Source: a virus (taxonomy: Duplodnaviria > Caudoviricetes). Taken from it: a DNA stretch of 39,680 nucleotides. The position numbers and the translations under genes were made by a program. Positions 33,155 through 39,680 of this stretch are shown here, in pieces; position 1 is the first letter of the stretch, and every line of letters begins with the position of its first letter. The notes beneath the pieces were generated by a model that did no database searches, was not told the DNA's origin, and saw only the letters and a list, made by a program, of their open reading frames with translations. Location: positions 1-39,680 of IMG/VR virus record IMGVR_UViG_3300036940_000698. One strand, given 5' to 3'.

Positions 33155-34692
33155 GCGACCTGAGAGAGAATGTGAAGCGCATGGTGCAGGCCGGTGTCCC
33201 GGAACCGGAGATCGGGGCCTATATCCAGCGATTTGGCCAGGGGCAGGGGCAGAACAGCCAGCCTCAGCAACCGGCCCAGCCGGAACCCATGTCCTGGGGA
33301 CAGGTCGGGGTAGAGTCGGTGAAGAATATCCCCGATTCGTTCGTGAACATGGCCGCAGACCTGGGCAACGCCATGATACACCCCATAGACACGCTCAAGG
33401 GCGTCTACCATATCGCCAAAGGCGCGGGGCGGGCCATGGACCCTACCTTTGCGGCTGACGCCGACGACAGGGCCGCATTCGCCGCGTTGAGCAAATTCTA
33501 CAAGGATCGTTACGGGTCGATGGACGGATTCAAACAGGCCTTGGCAGAAGACCCCGTAGGTATCCTGGGCGACGTGACCGCGCTCATTGGCGGTGCCGGA
33601 GCGGTTGCGCGGGGGGCCGGTGCCGTGGCCAGACTCCCCCGGCTGGCGAAGGTGGGCGCCATGGCCAAGACGGTATCCGAGGTGGCTGACCCGCTGAATG
33701 TGGCCAGGCAGGTGGTAGCAACACCGCTCAGGGCCGTTGGGGGAAGCGGCCTCCCCAGGAAAATGTACATGAGCGCAGTCAAGCCGAGCACGACCCTGGA
33801 TGACGCGGCCAGGTCCGAGGCGTTCAAAGCAGCCTACGAGCACAGAATACTTCCTGTCCCCAAAGACATGGTTCAAAAGGTTTCGAATAAGCTTTTTGCC
33901 CGGGATCGGGGCCTTTTTGGGGGTAGGGGGGCAGAGGCCTTGCGTGAGGAGTTGAACAATAGTGCCCGCAAAGTTGGGGCCGCCCTCAATGATGCGGATG
34001 CTTCTGGTACAAAGATCAAGGCTGAGGACATTGTCGATAGTGTTTTGGATTACACTTCGCAAGAGACAATGTTTGACCCTGATCCGTCCACGCCCATGAG
34101 ACAGACATCCAGGATTATGGAAGACCTCATAGAAAACCATCCTGAAGAAATGGCACCGAGCTATGCCCATAAGGTCAAACAGCGTGCCCAGAAAAAGGCG
34201 GGGAACTCTTTTGGCAAGGACTATAGTCCGGCCCAAAAGGAAACTTACAAGGCAATCAGCCACGCAATCAATGAGTCCATATATGGGCAGTTCCCAGAGT
34301 TGCGCGAATTGAACCAGAACTCAAAAGAGTTGATTCAGCTTAAAGAGGCTATAGGCAATTCCATCGGAAGGGTTGAAAACAACAATATAATCAATCTCCT
34401 AAACGGCACTGCGGCTGTTACCGGCGGGACAGCCTATGCGGTTTCAGGCAATGCCTCCGTCCTCCCCTTGGCAGGGGCGGCCATCGTGGCGAATCACATT
34501 CTTGGATTGCCCCGAGTTAAAACCCGGCTCGGCATAGCACTGGCCAGGGCGAGGAACCTGCCGAACTACAAGACCAGGGGGCCGCTCACGCGGGCAGCCG
34601 CCATCAACGAGCAACGCGCCGAGGATAATACGCCCCGGCAACGAGTCACGCATTTTGAGGACGGCAAAGTCAAAAAGGTGGAGGTGAAATAA
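33151..34692 (+). CDS. Large ejection/internal virion protein
   Basis: ATGA overlap; Ala/Gly-rich hydrophobic segments. Confidence 0.7.
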   Translation: MSDLRENVKRMVQAGVPEPEIGAYIQRFGQGQGQNSQPQQPAQPEPMSWGQVGVESVKNIPDSFVNMAADLGNAMIHPIDTLKGVYHIAKGAGRAMDPTFAADADDRAAFAALSKFYKDRYGSMDGFKQALAEDPVGILGDVTALIGGAGAVARGAGAVARLPRLAKVGAMAKTVSEVADPLNVARQVVATPLRAVGGSGLPRKMYMSAVKPSTTLDDAARSEAFKAAYEHRILPVPKDMVQKVSNKLFARDRGLFGGRGAEALREELNNSARKVGAALNDADASGTKIKAEDIVDSVLDYTSQETMFDPDPSTPMRQTSRIMEDLIENHPEEMAPSYAHKVKQRAQKKAGNSFGKDYSPAQKETYKAISHAINESIYGQFPELRELNQNSKELIQLKEAIGNSIGRVENNNIINLLNGTAAVTGGTAYAVSGNASVLPLAGAAIVANHILGLPRVKTRLGIALARARNLPNYKTRGPLTRAAAINEQRAEDNTPRQRVTHFEDGKVKKVEVK

Positions 34693-35934
34693 ATGTCCGC
34701 ATACGTACGCAATCCGCAGACGATCCCGGACGATTCAGTGGGCGGGTCCAGCGTCCGCCAGGGCGTGGCCGAGCAGAACAACGTCGCCATTGATGACCTG
34801 TACACTGTGATCAACGCCCATGCCAACAACGAGGACGGGCGGTCCCATGTGGAGATCGATGAGATGCTGGACACCCTCACGGACACCGAGTCCGCCAAGG
34901 TGGCGGCCGAGGCGGCCAGGGACAATGCGCAGGAGTGGGCCGAGAACCCCGAAGACGTAGAGGTCGAGACGGGCGCATATTCGGCCAAGCACCATGCCAT
35001 CAAGGCCGCAGCTTCCGCAGCCGAGGCCGAGAGTTTCCTGGTGGACCTGCCCCTGGACATCAGCCAGGGCGGCACCGGGCAGACGGACGCGGCTTCGGCC
35101 CTGGCCGCTCTGGGCGGCGAACCGGCGGACACGGATATCGTCAAGGCGCCGGGCGGGGTTCTGCCCCCGTTGAACGGGTCCGCGCTGACGGGTATCGGAA
35201 CCGTGTCCAGCTACGTCAATCTCGCCATTACGGCCGAAGGACTGGACGCCACGGTGGACATCAGTGCCGACGAAATGATTGTCAAGACTGCCGCCGGGCT
35301 TGCCCAACTGTTGACCAATGTGTCTCTCTCCGGCGATCTGTCCACTTCAGGAGCCAACGGCCTGGATACCGGCACGGTGGCAACGGACACCTGGTACGCC
35401 GTGTACGTGATCTATAACCCCACGGCCGACACCGCGGCGGCCCTCTTTTCGCTCTCGGCTACCGCCCCGACGTTGCCTACAGGGTACACATACGCGCGAC
35501 GTGTGGGGTGGGTCAGGACGGACGACACCAGCGGGTATCCACTCCGATTTGCCCAAATTGGTGCCCGGGCTTACTACCAGCCAGCGGGTGGTACCAATCT
35601 GACGGCATATCCGCAGATGGCGTCCGGCGTCGCCGGCAGCGTGACAACGCCATCATGGGTAGCCGTATCTGTGCTGGCGTATGTACCGCCTACGGCCCCG
35701 ATTATACGACCAATGGTATATTGCGAGTACGCTGATGCTATCGCTGCCCCAAACGATACATATGGTGGTGTCTCCGATTACACCAACCCACCGCCGATCG
35801 TAGGTAACGGCACTCAGTATGCCGGAGGTACGTATAGCAGTGACCTCGTCCTTGAATCCACAAGTATCTATTGGGCGAGCAACGATGCCATTAAGACAGC
35901 ACTGGTGTGCCTGGGATGGGAGGACGCAATCTAA
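34693..35934 (+). CDS. Tail fibre protein
   Basis: YSAKHHA and PLDISQGGTGQTDAASALAALG fibre motifs; beta-rich distal part. Confidence 0.8.
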   Translation: MSAYVRNPQTIPDDSVGGSSVRQGVAEQNNVAIDDLYTVINAHANNEDGRSHVEIDEMLDTLTDTESAKVAAEAARDNAQEWAENPEDVEVETGAYSAKHHAIKAAASAAEAESFLVDLPLDISQGGTGQTDAASALAALGGEPADTDIVKAPGGVLPPLNGSALTGIGTVSSYVNLAITAEGLDATVDISADEMIVKTAAGLAQLLTNVSLSGDLSTSGANGLDTGTVATDTWYAVYVIYNPTADTAAALFSLSATAPTLPTGYTYARRVGWVRTDDTSGYPLRFAQIGARAYYQPAGGTNLTAYPQMASGVAGSVTTPSWVAVSVLAYVPPTAPIIRPMVYCEYADAIAAPNDTYGGVSDYTNPPPIVGNGTQYAGGTYSSDLVLESTSIYWASNDAIKTALVCLGWEDAI

Positions 35935-36266
35935 TGGGATATGCGATACGTATTGACGGTGTTTATGGCTGGCGGGCCGTCCGGTCTGCCAATGATTGTC
36001 GAGGCAACGAGACATATAGCAAAGTCAAGCCCGGCCCCTATGAGCCTACCGACGAGGACCTGGCCGAGGCCGTTCGGGCCGAGCGGGACCGACTTCTCGC
36101 AAACACCGACTGGACGCAACTTACTGATGCCCCAATGAGCGACGATGAACGTGAGGCATGGGCCGTCTATCGGCAGGCGTTGCGGGATGTTCCGCAGCAG
36201 GGAGGATTCCCGGATGCGGTCGAGTGGCCTGAAACTCCGTTGTCTGGAGGGAAAACTAATGCCTGA
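35934..36266 (+). CDS. Tail fibre assembly chaperone
   Basis: RAERDRLLANTDWTQLTDAP...WAVYRQALRDVPQQGGFPDAVEWP. Confidence 0.9.
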   Translation: MGYAIRIDGVYGWRAVRSANDCRGNETYSKVKPGPYEPTDEDLAEAVRAERDRLLANTDWTQLTDAPMSDDEREAWAVYRQALRDVPQQGGFPDAVEWPETPLSGGKTNA

Positions 36267-38934
36267 GATACGGCAACAGCGACAGGCTGAATTCGTGTCC
36301 GAGAACGTGGGTGACACCAAAGCGTCTATCTTGATTGGTGGGCGCGATGCCTCGGTGGGGCCGGTTGCCGCGCAGAACGTCAACATGTCCTGGACGTTTG
36401 GTAGCCAGCGCGATGAATTTTGGATCAATGTCAACCGCCCGGACGCTGAAGCAGACCAGGGGGAGATATTGGCGGATGGCGTGCTGGCGCTTCCCAGCGG
36501 TGACATCTTCCATTTCGATGAGAGTGGGCGGCTGAAATGGGATATCCAATTTGATGAGCACCCCAGCATTTACGCCTGGACGTTCCTCATCACGGATTCC
36601 GGCAACATCAGCTACCACTACCAGCCAGCGCTGACCGATGAGGAAGTGGAGGCCGGTGCCCGCCGCCCAACCGAGGTTGTGGGCTCGTATGCCGTTTACG
36701 GAGACAGACGCGACGGCGAGTATAAAACCGGCAAGCTCATGCACATCCCGGCCCCTCTCATCACCGATGCGAGCGGTGATGAGACATACGGCACCCTCGA
36801 TATCACCGATGGCGTGATGACGGTGTCTATCGACAGGGAGTGGATGGACAACGCGACGTATCCGGTCATTCTCGACCCGACGTTTGGGTATACGACACAG
36901 GGCGCGTCCTCGGCAGTCATCAACGTTCCGTATCGAGCGTTGAGTACGGTTGACAGCGTCGTTGCCACGAGTGGCGCAACCGTGACCGCCGTCCACGCTT
37001 ATATGTTCTCGTATGACGGCACGCCGCCGTCAGTTTGGCTAGGCGTATTTGATGAGACAGACGGCTATTCTAGGCTGCTGCAAGCCTCCGTCCCTGTCCA
37101 GGGAAGCACCCCGGCGCTGTGCACTACGGACGGGCTGTCCGTTGAAATGACTGCCGATCACACGTATGTCATGGCGTTTGGCCCCCGGAACAGCGCAAAC
37201 ATGATGTACGACACGTACGGGTCAAATGCCAGTAAGCGCATCACCACTTTTGCGGACCCGATTGTGGACGATTATCCGGGAGCGCTATTCTCAACGAACC
37301 GCTGGTCTATGTACACCACGTACGAGGCCAGCGCCACCGACACGGTGGATGTCGATGAGCCGGAGGATTACACGGTCTGGCAGCGTCGGAGTGGGGAGAG
37401 GTCTGTCACCCTGAGCGGGACGTATACCGGCACCCCCACGGCCATAGAGGCCCGCATTGTCGCACATGGGACCGACACCCCGGTATCTGGGTTGGACTGG
37501 CAGACAGTTGATGCCGCGCCGTCTGGTGGAACGTGGTCCGGTTCGCTGACCCTGCCTGCCGGTGGATGGTATAACGTCGATGTCCGTTTTTCCAATGACC
37601 CCGGCATCACGTACACGGGGCTGAATCGGTTCGGAGTGGGGGACGTGTTCATCATTTATGGGCAGAGCCAGCACGCTCAATTGTGGACAACCGCATTGAC
37701 GGCACCGACGCCGAACGCTCTTTCGTCTCTGGTGGTCACGGAAACTGGAACGCTCGGACTGCCCCCAGCGAACATGACTATTTCGAATTTCCTCAACTCG
37801 GTCATTGGCGAAACGGGGTTGCCGACAATGGTTATAGGCGCGGCGCGTCCGAACAAGCACGTTGCCGAACTGAGCCAGGGGCAGGGACCATATAACGACT
37901 TAATCACCTACGCCACGGCATACGACGCGCTGGCGATGTTCTACAACCAGGGTACCAGCGACGTGTGGAGCGGAACCGGGTACTCGACGTATAAAGCCGC
38001 GCTCGAAACGCTGTTGAGCGCCCTCGCAACGGACCTCGCAGGTGTCTTGAGCGGGCCGTGCACCTTCGGCCTGTCCATCCTGGCGAACACGACAACCGAC
38101 CTCAGTGATACCAAGATAGACGATATCAGACGGGCACACATCGACATTTTGAACGCTGACGGGGCGCTGGTGTGGACAGGGACAAACCAGGATCTGGAAT
38201 TGATTGATGGTACCCACCACACCGCAGCCGGATACGCCCGGCTGTGTGAGCGCCTCGCCCAGGCCGCGCTCAAGATTCTCGGCATTTCGGCCTATGACGC
38301 GCGCGGCCCGGTGTTGTCAGGCGTGCAGTATGACACCACGGCAAAGCAGATCGTTTTGGATTACGCCATGAACGGCGGTACGGCCCTGGCCGTGGACAGC
38401 GGCGACCCGGCGGCTATCGAAATATTCGGAAACGGGGTGGCCGCCGCCCCGGACTCGTGGTCCGTTTCCGGCACGCAGATAGTTGCGCAATACACCACGC
38501 TTCCGGACCTGCCGATCACCCTCAGGGTCGCCTATGGATATTCGGCGGCTGGACAATACGATCCGTGGGTCAACACACGCGACAATTTAACCGCTTACAC
38601 CACGGAAGGCCTGCCCATACCCCCGACGAGTGGAAGCGTGACCGCGACGGAGGTAAACTCCGAGGTCATCATCGACCTGCCCATCGTTGTGGGCCTGGTA
38701 TCATCCGTGTCCGTGGATTTGGAAAAAGTCGTGGAGATGGAGATAAGCGTTTCTGGCGAGGCGGGCGCTGAGGTCGTGCTCGAAAAAGTCGTGGAACTCC
38801 CGGTGGCCGCGTCCCTGGTGGCCACCGTGGAGATAAATCTACAGACAGCAGATGAGGTGAACATAAACAGGCGTGTCGTACTCCCTGCCACAGCATACCG
38901 GCACATTATCATCAACGCTAAAATAGGAGATTGA
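36259..38934 (+). CDS. Large multidomain protein with SGNH/sialate O-acetylesterase-like domain
   Basis: IYGQSQ, YNQGTSD, DGTHH catalytic blocks; GGAGG RBS. Confidence 0.75.
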   Translation: MPEIRQQRQAEFVSENVGDTKASILIGGRDASVGPVAAQNVNMSWTFGSQRDEFWINVNRPDAEADQGEILADGVLALPSGDIFHFDESGRLKWDIQFDEHPSIYAWTFLITDSGNISYHYQPALTDEEVEAGARRPTEVVGSYAVYGDRRDGEYKTGKLMHIPAPLITDASGDETYGTLDITDGVMTVSIDREWMDNATYPVILDPTFGYTTQGASSAVINVPYRALSTVDSVVATSGATVTAVHAYMFSYDGTPPSVWLGVFDETDGYSRLLQASVPVQGSTPALCTTDGLSVEMTADHTYVMAFGPRNSANMMYDTYGSNASKRITTFADPIVDDYPGALFSTNRWSMYTTYEASATDTVDVDEPEDYTVWQRRSGERSVTLSGTYTGTPTAIEARIVAHGTDTPVSGLDWQTVDAAPSGGTWSGSLTLPAGGWYNVDVRFSNDPGITYTGLNRFGVGDVFIIYGQSQHAQLWTTALTAPTPNALSSLVVTETGTLGLPPANMTISNFLNSVIGETGLPTMVIGAARPNKHVAELSQGQGPYNDLITYATAYDALAMFYNQGTSDVWSGTGYSTYKAALETLLSALATDLAGVLSGPCTFGLSILANTTTDLSDTKIDDIRRAHIDILNADGALVWTGTNQDLELIDGTHHTAAGYARLCERLAQAALKILGISAYDARGPVLSGVQYDTTAKQIVLDYAMNGGTALAVDSGDPAAIEIFGNGVAAAPDSWSVSGTQIVAQYTTLPDLPITLRVAYGYSAAGQYDPWVNTRDNLTAYTTEGLPIPPTSGSVTATEVNSEVIIDLPIVVGLVSSVSVDLEKVVEMEISVSGEAGAEVVLEKVVELPVAASLVATVEINLQTADEVNINRRVVLPATAYRHIIINAKIGD

Positions 38935-38936
38935 TC

Positions 38937-39311
38937 ATGGCTATCACTTTGACGCTTTTCGAGGCTGGGCTGGATCAGGTTCTGGACGGCGGTTTGCCGG
39001 ACACTGTCTACCTGTCGGCCCATTCCGCCGATCCCGGCACGACCGGGGCCAACGAGTTGACCGGCGGTCGGTATTCTCGGGGCACCGCCGTCATGGGCGC
39101 GGCCTCCTCCGGTTCGCGGGTCTCCTCCGGCACGCCCTACATCCCGGCCAATGGTGGCGACAGCGCGACCCACGTCTGCATGTGGACTGCCGAAACGGGC
39201 GGCGTGTGCCTCGCCGGTGGACAGATCAACGGCGACGGTAGCCCTGAAACGTCGGTCAACGACTTCCGGCTCAACGTACCGGTCACCGTGGCCGCCGCCA
39301 ACCCGGTGTAA
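38937..39311 (+). CDS. Putative virion structural protein
   Basis: YLSAHSADPGTTGANE...YSR...THVCMW motif of phage tail-associated proteins. Confidence 0.65.
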   Translation: MAITLTLFEAGLDQVLDGGLPDTVYLSAHSADPGTTGANELTGGRYSRGTAVMGAASSGSRVSSGTPYIPANGGDSATHVCMWTAETGGVCLAGGQINGDGSPETSVNDFRLNVPVTVAAANPV

Positions 39312-39323
39312 AAGGGGGCGACC

Positions 39324-39680
39324 ATGCCGAACTATGCATATGAGATGCATGCCGGTGATTACCATGAAGTCGAGATGCCCACGACCATAGACGGCGTTGT
39401 CGCCGACCTCAACGGAATGGAGTTCGTCTACGTCTGGGCGAATGCCGCAGGCAAAGAACCGGTGATCACCAAAACCGGGGTAGTCTCCGGGGAAAACCCG
39501 GTGATTGTACTCGACCCAGCCGACACTGATACATTGCCTGATGGCGAATACTATCACGAGTGCAAAATACGCAACCCTGTCGACCAACTCCCGATTACCC
39601 TGGACTTCCTTGACTCGGGAACCAGTGAGAGGTTGACCGAGGTGAAGCTGCTGCCGAGTTCGGCCGAGTTCCCGGAATAG
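39324..39680 (+). CDS. Ig-like/BppU-N-like protein
   Basis: GD...DLNG...VLDPADTDTL...YYHEC pattern. Confidence 0.55.
   Translation: MPNYAYEMHAGDYHEVEMPTTIDGVVADLNGMEFVYVWANAAGKEPVITKTGVVSGENPVIVLDPADTDTLPDGEYYHECKIRNPVDQLPITLDFLDSGTSERLTEVKLLPSSAEFPE

Larger units (their letters stand above)
1..39680. mobile_element. Temperate prophage, lambdoid gene order with P22-like (podovirus) virion module
   Basis: Integrase, recombination, immunity, replication, lysis, terminase, portal, capsid, ejection and tail fibre genes in canonical order; no tape-measure gene; att sites not seen. Confidence 0.95.

Noticed and set aside
34693-39680. Diversity-generating retroelement or invertible tail-fibre cassette
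   Set aside because: No reverse transcriptase, invertase or duplicated TR/VR segment seen

Overview
The window is a near-complete temperate, lambdoid-organised prophage with P22/podovirus-type morphogenesis genes. The host is probably a sulfate-reducing Desulfovibrionaceae bacterium (inferred from protein types, not proven). The left arm (minus strand) carries a tyrosine integrase, an excisionase, many small accessory ORFs, two DNA methyltransferases and an RdgC/RecT/DUF1351/YqaJ recombination module. The centre is an immunity switch: three 17-bp operators, divergent promoters, a short repressor and cro. The right arm (plus strand) carries a CII-like regulator, replication initiator, split DnaB-like helicase, RusA, tRNA-Pro(UGG), MazG-like protein, lysis genes, terminase, portal, scaffold, capsid, adaptor/nozzle, ejection proteins, tail fibre and a large SGNH-esterase protein. 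Highlights: a 71-aa phage protein whose N-terminus resembles the N-terminus of dissimilatory sulfite reductase DsrA; a ~200-nt tRNA-like structured RNA behind a boxA in the PL leader; a two-frame (EcoHK31I-like) cytosine methyltransferase with repeated WPTP modules; a collapsed DUF5131 minigene; and an 11-bp phased repeat at the putative late promoter. All family assignments come from motif recognition only; no database searches were run.
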